A stretch of DNA of 64,000 nt from Antedon mediterranea (Eukaryota > Animalia > Echinodermata). The stretch lies in contig NC_092680.1 in assembly GCF_964355755.1 (NCBI RefSeq), forward strand, positions 7,564,001 to 7,628,000, read 5' to 3'. Each line of letters opens with the position of its first letter. Position 1 is the first letter of the stretch. Positions 11,501-26,500 of this stretch are shown piece after piece. A model generated the notes under the pieces. It was given only the letters and a program-made list of their open reading frames with translations, did no database searches and had not been told where the DNA came from. The position numbers were made by a program, and so were the translations under genes.

Positions 11501-14500
11501 TATGTTTTACATGTTAAACTTGAATTTAATTCATTCATATGCAATTTGTTCAAGAGGAAAGTAACATAAGGCTCAGTCATATTGCCAATGGTTGTAAGAA
11601 CCATGTTTCTATATTTCTCCTTCATAATGTTCTGTCAAAAAATCAACAGAAAATCTGTGAAATCAACAGATAAATTTAAGTTTGAATTATGTTGCAAGAA
11701 AAAATTGATTCAGTTATAATAGATAATTAGTATGTCATTGAATGGTATTGTGATTCTCCATTGCATTTACAACCAGAATAATTTAAATTCTTTTATTCTC
11801 CTTGGCCTGATTGTCATGACGTCCGTTGTCTCAACATTACTAATTAAAAGAGTTCAATTGTTATTGGAAAGAAGCTATGTTTGCACTCATCTAAACAAAT
11901 ATTTTGCTGCAATTGAATGCACTTTAAAACTCTTATCCTTTCACACATTACTCAACAATACTTGTTATGATCTAATAAGTATATACTTTGAATTAGTTTT
12001 GATGAGTATGAAATTCAAAATTGAAATTATTTACAAAATAGAGAGGTCATTTTTACACATTTTGAATGGATTGGGCTTAAAATTGTGTTTATAAGTTGAA
12101 AAAACAAAAACATTTCAACAATTATCATCTTCATTTGATAAAATTAAAAAGACATGCAGATGGTAAATTTATTGTTAATTGTATAATACCCTATTCATAT
12201 ATTATAGTAGTAAATATTATGTCTTTCTTATTTTGTGGTTGGGTCAAAAGCTATTAATTAAGTTTCCAAAAAGGAAATCACTAAATAACGAAATTAAACA
12301 AAATTGCTTAAATGGCAAAGGGTGTTAGGATGGGAGAAGATAAAGGAGATTGGAGAGAGAGATATTTCTGCAAATAAATATAAAGAAATCAGGTTTATTG
12401 ACAGAGAGAACATTATAGACTATGAGACTTACCTTCACCATTAGAAAGTCAATGACACTGCTTTCCGGAGGAACAAATTTCTCACGATACGATAACTTTT
12501 CTTCTGTTTTGGTGACTGGTACACGCCCTCTACTTGCTTTACCAAGCACTCGCATATATAAACTGTTGCGACGTTTATCTGCATTGTTACCTACAATAAA
12601 ACAGCAAAACAGTATACATAACAAAAAACATAGGTTTTTTCTAATACTTAAAAGAAGGCACATACAAGAAGGCAACCATTGGACCTACCTGTGTTAGGGT
12701 TTGGTGCATTTGCCATTGACTGTTGATGTTTTGGTATCCTGGCTCCACCTCCAAAAACGGCTGCCCACATGTTTTGATCGATATTATGCGCCATCAAGCG
12801 ATACAGTTCATTGCAGTTATTTGTTGATAGGGCATGAACTAAAAGACTTATATAGATGGCAAGGAGGCCCTCACACAGTTGAATATAAGCTTTTGGAATA
12901 TCTTCATCTTTCTCTTGTGCAAGGAGCGTCTGTAATTGGGCAACTCCTGTAAAAACAAAATTAAAAGATAATTCTAAAAGTAATTCTAAATACATATGTT
13001 ACCAGAAAAGGAACTTAATATTGGCAGTTCTTTCTTAATAAGTTACAATAGATCACCTCCTGTGGTGTACCCCTATTCAACAGAAATCGCAATTACAGAG
13101 CAATGTTTTAACACTAGATGTTCGTGTCCCTTTAATGTACTAAACTTGTGTATATCATTACCTGGCCATTTTGAAGGTGGAGAAACAATTTTTGCAGTTT
13201 CTTCGCTTATACGTCGTCTTTTACTGACACAAACAAGATGTCCAGAACGGAAGACAAAGTTTAAATTGCGACCATCATAAACATCCATTCCATTAGATTT
13301 AGTTTGACTGACAGCTGGACTGAAAGTCTCACTGTCACAAAGACTTTCATAAAAGCAGGCAGCCAATGCCACACAAAGTCTATGAAGTGTTTTAACCTTA
13401 TTCGTGTTCTTGTTTTGTCGTGGTGGCGCTGTGAACTCGAGAATCGTCTGCAGTACATCATGGGTGAGAGAACGGAGGAACATAATTGGATCTGCAACTA
13501 CAGTCTTGCAGTTGGCAATACTTGCAGACAATAAGGGTAGAGTTGTTGGGAGAGGGATACGTAAAGTCAGCTGTTGATGTGTTTTTCGTTCTTGTTGTAC
13601 CTCTTGCATTAAAAGCACCAGCTCCATACAGACAGACGTCAATCCTCCACCATTTAAACCATAATGTGTAGCATAGCTAAATAAAGTCCGAAGCAAATGG
13701 TGGTTTTTCTTAAGCCAGGATTTACGTCTCTCAGCTCTTAATAATCTTGCTTCAAAATCAACTAACTCCGCTTTAATGAATTCATGTAGGGCTTGTGAAC
13801 GATCCATTGGTTCATCTTCAGTATCACTTAAAATAACTGTGTCTTCATCTACAATCATTAGTCCATCTCCAGTGTAATTGCATAATAATCTTAGTATTTC
13901 TACCTCTCTCTCAAGCCATTGGTAGAGCTGATATCTTAGCTGGCCACCTTCAACTTCAAAACCTGTAGCAAGTGTTCGTAATTCTTCCATCATGATCTTA
14001 AGACAAGACTTGAACTTGAGTTGCTGCGCTAAGATATCAATTGATGGACTACCGCTAAGAGTGCTGCCATCACTTTGTGCATCATCATCTTTGGTTTCAT
14101 TCTTTAAATTTGGTTCTGTAGATTTTGACACCTCTTCTTCATCCTCATTATCTTCTTCATCATCATCCCATTTGAGCTCAAGCTCTTCTTCAAGGTCAGT
14201 AGCTGAAGGTGCGCCCCAATCAAAGTCCATATTGGATCCTCCTCCTTTATCAGGAGCATTTGACACTGGTTGGCTCCAGTCAAATTCAATTGCACTATCT
14301 TTTGATCCATCACGTTTAAGTTCGCTTTCTGAAAATCCACTAAAAATACCACTAGTGATCATATCCTTACTGATTGATTCATTTCCTGAATCTACAAGTG
14401 ATTCGGTTTCCTTAGCAATGACCTCTTGTTTGGTTTTGACCTTTGGTAATTTGGTAAGTACTTCAAGGGCAAGCAGTGGGCAACCTGCTTCTGAATGGGC

Positions 14501-17500
14501 ATGTGCGGTTGCAAAAAACAACCTGCGTTCCTCCGGAGTGATCTCATCCTCGATGACTTGATCACCCTGGTTAGCAATTTGACCTCCACCTTTCCCAAAT
14601 CCTGTGATCAAGACAGAAGCACCAGCTGCTGGCCGATCTTGTCCTGCAAGGTGGCGCCTGATTAAAAGCGGATGTGTTCGCAGATAGTTATAAAAGTTAA
14701 AAACATCTGGATTGCCATGTGGAGAATCATAATGATCACCTTTTATAGCTGGTTCATTAGATTCTGCAGTTTTTGGATCGCTTAACAATGTTTCAAGAGC
14801 TAATGTATATTCTTTGTTAACCCAATAAGAAATACTACGCAAGAATGGATCAGGGCAAACAGTTTTATTGGCGATGCGATTTCCTTCAATGTCACAACCA
14901 AAAACAATTTCAAATAGCAACTTCTTGTAGCTTGCTGAAACTTGCATTTCATCTTCATACAAACGCGTAATGACGATTGCCAGTTGAATATCTCCTAAAT
15001 TATTGCAACAAACTTCGATAGCGTCCTTCAAAGAACCAGCAAGAAGGAAAAATGCAGCTGCATGATTAAATCTCTGCTTTCCTAGGAGAGCGTAGGCATT
15101 CTTCAAGGCAGCTTTGCGCCATCTATCTTCATTAAAATTATGAGCAAAGAAATCAGTCATTCGTGCATCTTTGATTGACCTGAAAGATTTTAAACAGGAG
15201 TACTATTTTATTAAACAGCATACTATTTATTAAACAGGTTAATACTGTTTATTGAACAGGTTAGTACTATTAATTTCCATAATTGGTTTAAGGCCTTGTG
15301 AATTTATATACAAGATGAATATCAAATATGAACCATAACATGAAAATTGGCATTATTTTGTACAGGTGGAAAATTAAAAAGTTTGTTTTATTGTTTCTAT
15401 ACAAATAAACAAAATAATAATAACAATAACTTTATTTAAAAACGAATGCAATGCTTGAATCACCAAATTGGTGTTTTTCACAAGGCCATTACTTACTTTT
15501 TACACAAATTATCATTTACAGTACATATGACTAAAAAACTACAAAAAGAGACACAAATGAAATTTTGAATACATTTATAATTCATTAAAATAATGAGTAA
15601 AGGTAAAAATGTGTGGATGATGAACAAACTTTTAAGTCTAATTTCACCGGAAAAAATTACTGTTACACTAAATAATGTAAATATAATACTCAGATAAACT
15701 TAGAGCATAATGAAATGTAATATAAAAACTAAAGAGATATATATATATATTCATTTAAGTACAATCAGTATCATATTCATACAGTATAAATCCAGAGCAT
15801 ATAATGTCAACAATCATCTGATCAGACAGTACATCTAAATAGCAAGCATAATGTAAACGAATTAGAACGCCATTTATCAACTTTCAACTTAAATGTAAAT
15901 AAAGAAAAAACAGAACACACTATCGTAAGACGAGAAAAAGAGGACATACAAGAACAATGGAGAAACACGAAAAAAGTAGGATCGCTCCTTGGGGACAGAC
16001 AAGACATAATTAGAAGAAAACAACTAGCGCGTGTATCAATGACCAAACTAAACTCGATGTGGCTTCGAAAAGATAAAATCAAATTAAAAATACGTATCAA
16101 GCTGTACAACTCACTAGTTAAAAGTATATTACTCTACAACTCTGAAACATGGGGACTCACAAAAGAAGAAGCACATAAACTCGACACATTTCACAGACAG
16201 CAACTTTGCAAAATCATAGGTATCAGGTTCCCAGACAGGATATCGAACATAAATTTATACAGAAGGACAGGAACAAAACCAATTTCATTAGAAATAGTCG
16301 ACGCAAGATGGAGACTATAGGGTCACATACTTAGACAAGACCCATGTACACCAGCCAACACAGCAATAAGCTATTATTTCAGCAACACTACCAATATAAA
16401 ATTTTGAGGAAGACCGAGAACCAACCTACCAATAATTCTCAGCAACGACCTACTCACCCTTTATAAGCATAATACAGACATTAAGTATCCCGGACAATTG
16501 AAAACCAAGAAAGACCTGAAACAACTTAAAGAACTAGCCAATGAAAGATCAGACTGGAAGAAACTAGTAAAAGAGATTTACGGAGCAGCCCAAGCGGAAA
16601 TGTCGGCAGACTTTTCAGCGGAGAGGCATAATAATAATATAGACAGTACATTATTACCTGTACAACCCCCAAACAACTGTTTTCTTTTTCATAGCCAAGT
16701 AGAACAAGGCAGCATCTAATGGATCCTTGTTGGTCTGAAACTGGGATTTTGCAACCTGCGAAAACATAGGAGAAAAAGAAGAAAATAGGATCAAATGAAA
16801 TTTTTTTTTCTGTATATTGCACCTTATGGAAGAAATTAAAAAAATTAAATGAATAAAACGTTTATAGTTATTCGCAATTAATTTCAAAAACTTTACTATT
16901 AATTAAAACTATTAAAAAAAAAATTGCTACACGATTTTGGCAGTTAATTCATGTAACAGTCTCGTATGAAACATTATATTATAAGCAAACTTGTTATGTA
17001 TTCTTCATGATACAATAAGTTATTGTAGTAGCTATAACTTATATTTATTACTTTTCATTTTTGTCATATGGACAATAAAAGTATTACATATTACAAAAAC
17101 CTTGATGTTTATGCAATTAGATCTTATGTACAGTGGCAACATTTGTAGGTCTAAAGCCCAAATATGGTAGTAATATGACATCATCGTGATGACCATATAT
17201 GGGCACATCACAATTTTTTTATAGTGTACACAGAGCTTTATACAGGAACTGTAAACAAGGCATTTACATCACACTACAAATACATATTAATTGTGTAGGA
17301 ATAAATGTACCTTTTCCATAGTTCGACGCAATGTCACAGTACTTCTGACCCACCATGCTACACCCATGGCTTTCAATTCATCCCACCTTGGCTCGCCTTT
17401 CTGCATACTCGGAATGAGGTCTAACAGTTCTTCTTCAGCCTCTGAATGAAAAGCCCATGCATAGTGGCACGTTGCTAGGCCTTGGCATTTCAGGTTAAAC

Positions 17501-20500
17501 TACAAAAACAAAATGTATTTCACGTTTTAGGACACTTTATGATTGATATTGGTCCTTCGCATTAACATTGATTGTGGAGCAGTGTGGGACCAAAATGCTT
17601 TAAGTGTGAACAGAGCTTACACAACAAGGACTGTTATCTACAACATAGTAGAATACAGTATTTTGCATAAAATACAAGGCTTATGACCTTCAATCTTTTC
17701 TTTAAAGTGCTCTTTAGGAAAATTATTTGAAAACAAATCATACAAAAAAGACAATACTGTAGTTTCGTTAACCATGAAGGAGCAATTGAGAACATTATTT
17801 TCTCCATGTATTAACAAGAGCTGAACTTTTGAGAGACAGACACCTCATTAGTAGTAGTAATTTTTCTATTGTTCGTTAAGTTCATTTTAAAAGTTTATTT
17901 ACCTGTTGTCTTAGTGGTAAGGACTTCAATAGGCAGGTGTGAAAGCGCATGGCTAACAGGAAACGAACTCCGCATTCATCAAGAGTTTCACCTAAAAACA
18001 ATAAACACATTTCAATTCATTAAACTAGTATTTCATCAACACTATTGTATACTTTTTGTAAAACAAAACAAAAACAAATAATGTTTACCAGCATGAGTAG
18101 AATCTGTATTTCCTTTGCTAGCATAGCCAGCCCCTTCCTTGCCAATTGCTGTAATAAATAAGAAACAATATTAAAGTACAAACATCATTGCATTCAATTA
18201 AAGAGTGGGTGGATGACCTAGCACTCAAAATGATGGAAGCATAATTCATATAAGTCATATTGGGTTCGCAGCTCACTTATTGTTCTGGAAGAAACAGGAA
18301 CAAAATTGATTCTCAGAGCAATTAATCATTGATTAATTTATGAAATGTTTGGCATATAGCCCTAGAGGAAACCATGGGCCAATGGCATAGCACAGAAGTG
18401 GGAGCTTCACACTAACTTATTCTGGGTTCCGTACAAATGTGTGATAAAAAACATAGACCAGAGTTTTCTTCTTTTTCAGTGTGAACATACTTTAAGATTG
18501 ATATTGATATGTAGTGGCTGGAAAGGAGGCCAATCGGCGTCATAACGCATACCAACTGAAGAAGCTGACAGCTAGACGAAACTGTCTTAAAACGTAAGTT
18601 TATATTACTAGTTTACAATCAAGGAACTACATATCAATATACTATCAAAACCAAAGGAAATGTTTTCACTATTGATATTGATTGCTCTGTGGTGTAAGAC
18701 CGAACAATAAGTAAGTCCACAAACCTGCACTAGCAGTACTTCCAACAGTCATCTCAGTCTTCACAGAGGCTACTGTATCAGCAAGCGCTAAAAGGTGCAT
18801 TTGATCTAAACTGGTCAACCGTGGAAGACGGGTATGTGTAAGGTGGTTTGTCAAGAGTCTAGCCTGTGCAATCTCAAAGTGTGATGGATCACGCAACTTA
18901 GCAGAAATAGAGTTTGCTCTGTCTCGCTGATGAGTCTCTTCCCAACCTGAATGATCGTATTCATCAAGTTTTGGTGTTGAAAAGAGGTCGGAGTAATCAG
19001 TTGATTCTTCAGATTTTGAAACTCTCTTGCTACCAGATTCTGGTTTGGTTTTAGAGGTTTGCGATGAATCTGTCGAGTCTACTGCAATCAGAGCGTACAA
19101 CGGTAAAGGTGGGATAGCATTGATTTCTATGTAGTCCAGCTTCATTTTTTCTTCTTCTAGAGTAACTGGTTCTGTTGGACTTGTTGCAAGAGAAACCTGC
19201 CGCATCAACTTGCTCGACTGTTTCTCAGACTCTCCATCATCACCCTGCATGAGAGCTTTTCGTAGTTCATTCTCACCAGCAATACACCTAACAAGATGAG
19301 CAAGGATCGCCTTTACTCTCCTGATTTTCCCGCAGTTTAACAACTCCATCAACTGTTTTGGATGATACTGAGGGAGAACTGGTGATGCATTGTATGCCGT
19401 CTCAAATAAACCGCAATCCATTTCAACAGTTTCTTTATCATTGTCCAAGTCCATATTCAATTTTGATTCTTCATTGGCAAGCTCTGTCATGTCTGCATAA
19501 GATTTTTCTCTGTCCGTTTTACTCATCGGAAGTGTTTGAATATCAACTGACAAATTCATTCCATAAGAACTGGTTGCATTCTTTGATAGTGTACCAATTT
19601 TATTGCCCTCAATAGCCTTATGTTTATCCTCAGTTTTCCATTGAGAATACACATGCATTTCATTTTCTAAGCCAACGACTAAGATTCCAGCTCTGACCCA
19701 AGCCAGCATCTTAGAAAGTGGTGGTAATCCATCCACTGTTGACAGCTTGACGGTTCTGAACAATTGCCAAGTAGGTTTTACAATACCTTTGTGCAACAGA
19801 GAAGGACTAATGTTTGGCTTCACTCCAGGATGACTTGGATCTCCAGAAAAACTTCTAAAACGTCTTACATCTTCATCCTCTTGAACACAACCAAATGATT
19901 TTGCATAGATCAACACTTTTCCACCAACACCAACTGTTAGCATGTGCGAACCATCTTCTTTTGAAACCCAGGCAAGTTGTATTGGGGTAGCCTTTGTCTG
20001 TTTGGACCTAGTTTGAGCTCTACGAGGCCTCAAACTAGGCCCACACAAACCAAAATCATTGTCAAGTTCAACAAAATCGCTTACTTTTGAACTTCTTTTC
20101 ATGGTTTTGTAGCTGTTATTCCCCTCTGTTAAAATATCAGTGTTAAGTTTTGGCTCTGGTGTTGAAACCTCACTTAAATAGAGGGAGTCCTCTTTCAACC
20201 ACTCAGAACCTCCACTTGATTCAGATTCATAAATCACAACAGCTAGCTTCTTGTCAGAATTCTGCAATTCATAAGCACAAGCAAAGCGACCATTGTATGC
20301 AGAACTAACTGCTAAAGGTTTGCCTTGGATAATAACAGAGCTATCAGTCTTATCCTCTGTTTCCAACACCCATTCCATCCATGAGTAATATGCAGTAACA
20401 AATGGATTACTACTTTCCCTGTGAGCTTCTGTTTTCTGTCCAAAATCTGAATCTTCATAAAATCTTTGATCTGGGTCTCCCTCTTCCTGTACATCACACT

Positions 20501-23500
20501 TCCAAAATCGTACTTTACCATCAGAGCAAGCAGTGGAAAAAAGGTAGGGGGCACAACAGGAGGGGTAAATTGAGGAAGAACTAAGATGACCAGCAGCAGG
20601 TGCTGCACTGATGACCTCAACACCAGCTGGTAGTTCAAGTCTCTGACTACAAACTTTATGTGAGAAGATCTTCATTCTAGTGGAGCTCTGTGGATTTTGT
20701 GGGATGCTTTTGAAGTTTGTTGGACTGTTTCCTCTTGATGAGTCAGAAGAGGAGTCAAGAACAGGAATGTCATCGTCATCATCATCTTCAAATGTATTCC
20801 CTCGGTTAACTACAAGATATAATATAGAATCATTGAAAACTGATTGATTTATCAAAAATAGTGTTTTTTTCAATATTAAAGCTTTAAACTGATTTAAATA
20901 TATGTTTGGAATCAGTTCTAATGCTACTTTATTTACAGATTCTTCGTTTTTTTCAATTATTTTTAGATTTTTTTTTTATTATCAAAGACAAATTATTATT
21001 ATAATTATTATTATTTGGTGGCACTACTAACAGGGACTGAAGACACAAGTTGTAGGCACCATTGTCTAGGGTTCATTTGCCAAATGATAAATTAATTTGT
21101 GAATATTAACATTTTTTATGAAATTCCCACTGAAGCATGAACCATTCAATATATTTAATTTAATGGGACATTCATTATTAGAAAGTCAATGTACTTAATG
21201 CCAGGCCCAACATCACATAATATTCCCACAGAAAGTTAGATTAAAATTATTCTTGTGATATTACCGATAGCCTTGAGGCTATATTTGGAAAAATATGATG
21301 TATGAAATGTATTATAGGAGCAACATATTAATAAACTGCATTTAACACTACATGAGCTCCACATGGGTGGGGGATACAAGCGTTATACAAGTTTTCATTT
21401 GAAATTATATTAAGTGATCAAGTTTTCATTTTCAAATAAAGTTGTTATCATTATTTACCTATATAGATACAAATGTATTCATTATTATTTCACTAAAAAT
21501 CTAAGATATTGTAAGTCAACAGTATATTGCTGTATTATTTTATAAGCCATGGGGCATACATAGCCTACTTTCATCGAAGGTTAAATACAGTAATAACTGT
21601 TTAAAGTCCTTTAATCTTTGCAATGATAAGAAAATGTTCACCTTTTAGGTCAATAAAATGGTCTACAAATTTAATTGAAACTCACAATTATTGTTCTAGA
21701 AATTAATCATAATACAGATGAACTCCTGTTTTAATATTTTACAAAAAATAAAATGCATCTGCATAATGAAAGACTGTAAAGCTTCTAATAGTAACCTACA
21801 ATTCCATTTTCTGTGATTGTGTTTTTATAGTGGGTTACTATTAGAGCAGGAGGCATAATAATATCAAACATAAAAATATAAAACTAGACAAATAGGCCTG
21901 TTGTACATCCTAGTATTAATAGATTTATACTCTTTCACAAGTTTGTGGAAAATCTCGCGATTTCACAGAGGTCCCCTGATGAGAGGCCTGTTCTGTTCCC
22001 AGTTCTTACTGTACACAAGTGTATTGCCCTAAATCATATAGTAATCAAATAGCGTGAATCTACATTTACCCATCTATCACAGGGTTACGTATGTATGTAT
22101 AAAAACGTTTAATAAGTTTACAGATCAAACATAGTTACAATTAAGTTGTAACAAATTATTCGAAAAATTATTATGTGAAAAAAGTATTAGGATGGGTTAC
22201 TAATAGAGAGGAGGTTAATAATAGAGTAGTGACATACTATTGGAAGTTACAGATTGATACTTGTTGACATTTTTACTACCTGTATGTTTCTTGACTTCAG
22301 TGCCAAGGTGAATGTACCACATGTGGATGACAGAGATTCCTGACATCTTCCTTTCCACGACCACAAGAAAAAACTGCTCCTCAAACATGTTTGGTTGTGG
22401 TAGATTGTAACTGGGTGATGTATCATGCAGATTGCCACATATAAACTGATGTTGGAATGCATGCATTAATTGCACATTCTGCCAATTCTATGGAAACCAA
22501 ATGCCAGACAATCAATGATCTCATCTTACACAGATTGACATAAAATTAGCTATACTATAAATGAAGATCTCATTGTTGAATAATAAACTTATAAAAGCAC
22601 AGGCGAGAGGGTCTTTTTTATTTATTTCTTCTGGTCGACTTTTTCAGAAGAAGGTCCAGTATATTTTCACCTTTTTTACAGAAGGTGACCCCAAACAGCT
22701 GACAATCAAGGCGCCCTCTTGAGTTATGATAAGTGTCTGTTTGTAACAGTGGCTGTGTGTATACTAGTACACTGGGGTAACCCTCTACTGGTCTCGATAG
22801 ATTAACTAGGTACACAGGACCTATGTTTTGTAGTCCATATCCGAGAAGACTTGTTCTATCACCAGAACCATGGAGCAAGTAAACCCTTGCCGATGTTAAT
22901 ATGGCAAGGTATTTAATACGGTTCCACTGTCTCAACCGCTTGGCCACTCACTTGCTGGACATGACTATTATCATAACACTGGAAGACAATTGAAGAGTGA
23001 ACAAGCTAAATAATAAGAAAAGAGTGTGTAAACATAAAAGTAAGGTATTAGCAATATACCTGTTTTGCATTGTTAAGCTTGTTAAGTTCAATGATACAAC
23101 CAGGTCTTGATGTTGATTGAAGACTAATCACATTTAAACCATCAGCATTCTTTATTAGGTCAGGATTTAACACCGTGCTCAGTGGTGAACTGCTGCTTAA
23201 GTAACCCTGCATAGAAAACACACAAATAATTTAGCACACAATGTATCAAAGAATGAAATTACTGATTTTCTATTATAAACACTACTGGGGAAAATTAAAA
23301 ACTCAAATTAGAGAGCGCTATAAACAATTACAACAACAATTATTCATGAAAATGCAATTAAACAATACTGTCTTCCAGAAGGGCCTAGTAAGAGTTGTTC
23401 AGAAAATATATTTATTTTTAGCAAACTGAAAATACAGTAAGGATATGAAAAAATTATTTTAGGCTGAAATTGATTACCTCAAATTGATCACTATTTGGAG

Positions 23501-26500
23501 AAACTTCAGCCAATAATGTTCTAGCATCTATGACAGACTGAAAGACACGTAGCGTGTACCCATCTGATGCAACAAAACAAGCGCTAGGGGAGTTAGATGA
23601 AAGACCAAGGCAGGAGCTTGGCAGAAGACATGGAAGCCAAGCTATATGAGAGAAAGCATTCAAGAAAGGAGAGTTGATGCGTGCCAACTCCATTACACCA
23701 CCAGACTTTGATAGCGGTCCAACAGGGAAGACTCTCCAAAGAATCAGCTCACTGCACAATCCAGTCGGAGCGCTCATGTCAGGCCAGTTCATCTCACTGT
23801 TAAGCTTCTCCATAAGAGCATCAGGTACAACTACTTCGTCGCTATCAAAGTTATCGCGACTTGCGCCCTCAAGTGTTGAGTTGTAAAGAGCAGACAACCT
23901 TGTGTGTTCAGACTCCGAGAGTATGCTCTTTCCAAATAAGCTTATTGAGCTTGATCTTCTCATAAGTGATGTTCTACGAGCGGTCATTGACCCACGCCTT
24001 GTGTGACCTTGCATAATCTCAGGGTCCACTTCAACTTGTGGCAGATTATGATGCGACGTTGTTAATAACAGTGGCAGTATTGGATGACACTGTAAATCAT
24101 TTAAACGGAAACGATGTCCGCAACAGCGCGATTTATGAGACACACTAAGCACAGTCTGAAACTTGGAAGTTTCTGCAAAGCTAATTTCCCATTGATTTAA
24201 AGTACCATTTATATGCTTTGACAGCATGCTAACCTTAGGTGTAAATGCATAAATGTTAACACCGGGTGGAAGTTGACCAAGTCGCTGTGAAAAGCTATAA
24301 CTTGGAGTCATGCCAGGTGTCTCAACAGTTCTTTTATTGGCTCTTGGATCAACGACAAGATTTGACCTATACATTACAATATTGCTACACAAAGTTGTTG
24401 CATCACCGACTGGAAATGCGAGTGGTATCCTGCATGAGAAACTGACTTGCGCTTGCCGGTGTGTACCTGGAGAGGTTTCATCGAGGAAGTCAACCAGCCA
24501 CAGTAGAAATGATCCATCAACAGGATGGATAGCAAAGAGCATGTCCGATGCTTTGTACCAGTCTCGCATTAAGCAATCTAATCTTTTTTGAAGGTCTTCC
24601 AATGAATTTGATACTGGTACTGGCGATTGGAATATTGCTACCGATGGCACATGTTTCATTTGGCCTCCTCCTGGCACCAGTGTGCTTGGTCTTTCTATTG
24701 ATATGTGTGGCAATGAAGAACCTGATGAGTCTGCATTGTCTAAAAGAACAAAACGTAAAAAATCATAATTTAATATTTATTATTATACAAGTACATAAAC
24801 GTATAGAATCATTATTACATAAGTCATAAACAAAGAACTCAAAAATGCAAATACGTCACAAAAGTTAGTTAAAGACCATCAGACACCACTGAAAGAGTCA
24901 TGTAAACGATTAGCATCTATCCAAAATGAATAGCGTAACAGATGCTGATGGAGTACTAATCTTAAACAGTTTCTTCCCAATTAAAAAGAAAACAAAATGT
25001 TGTTCTTTGGAATGAATGGATACAATATTACAACTGTTTTAAAACACATGGACTGGATGAATGCGACTGAATGAGGCAGGGGTCAACGTAGATGAACCAG
25101 TACAGCAGGGAACCCCTACTCTTCTGGAAAAACCACTGGTTCACAAGTAAGATGTGGACCTCCATTTGATATTCAAGAAGACTTGGTTGTAGAGTGTAGC
25201 AGTGTCCCCACCTTAATCGCTTGGCATTCGACTGGACTAATTTTGGGTAAATTTAATAACTATAAATATGCTACCTAAAATTTCTATTTTGAAAGAATAT
25301 TTTAGATTTTTAATGTATAGAATAAAGTCAATTTTAAATTCAAGAAACCATTGACGTAAAAATCTTAAAATAAATCATATTTGAACTGGCTAAACATTAT
25401 TTATATCACAGATTCATACAAGTAGCAGCTCAAGTAGACTGTTTACATCACAGCCCATATTTTCTCTAATCACTTATTTTTTTTAATACTACATACCATG
25501 AATATTACATGTGAACATTATACAACATTCACCCTCAGGGGATAGTAATTCAAATGTATAGTACTAATGTAAAACAGTTCTAAACAATTTTATAGTATTC
25601 GGTTGCTACAATTTTAAAAAGAAATTATGCGATGCTGTTGTTTTAACAGTATGGTTCCATTTGCTTGAGTAATGTATGCCCTTTTTAGATGTATGTCCAC
25701 ATTACAAAAATTAAAAAAGCGTCTTGCTTTGTAATAGGTTGATATAGATTAAATATGGAAACACAAATAGAACCACTTTTACGGGGACACCTTCGGAACA
25801 GGGGTTGGTTTAAAATATATTGTCCCTAGTTCATGTTGGTGGGAAAGTGTTCCATAAGCAGTCTCCCCTTATGCTTGGTTCCCACTAGAACGCAACGACG
25901 TTAACGCAACATAAGCGTGTTGACCAATGACAAGCGACAGTTTGAATAATCCATTGCCTGTGATTGGTCAAATCACTTTCGTCGCGTTACGTCCTTGTGT
26001 TGCATCTCTAGTGAGAACCAAGCATTAATAGAGATGCTCCAAAAGAGAGTTCTACTATTTAAAAAAAATATTATTGAAGTATGTACAATAAATATGATTG
26101 GTTTAATTACTTTTAGAATTTAATTCATCTTCATCTACAGGTGGTGTTGGTGTCTCTTCTAAAAAAAAGAAAGAAAGAATATAAATCAGACTAACTTTTA
26201 GATATTCACTAACTTTTTATTTCTACAGAATAAACAACAATCTTGTCACCCACAAAGCCTAGGGTTACAGAAAAGCACTACAAAAAGCTAGATAGAATAC
26301 TAGAAACAAAACTACTCTACTACTTAAAGATGTATTGTCCCTCTGAAAATAATTCCTAACATTTTTGTTGTTGAATATGCCATTTTATTGTCACATTTAA
26401 ATAGTTGTCCACTTTGACCAAAAATTGGATCAAAAAGTTGAATTTAACCATTTATTTTGTTTATAAGTGAAAATAGTTTTTTTCCGATTTTTTTTATATG

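Noticed and set aside
11732-12094. 120-aa plus-strand ORF
   Set aside because: AT-rich intronic sequence antisense to DMXL, with no recognisable domain or splice support.
13992-14561. 189-aa plus-strand ORF
   Set aside because: Antisense shadow of the acidic region of DMXL exon 20; the Ser runs mirror Asp/Glu codons.
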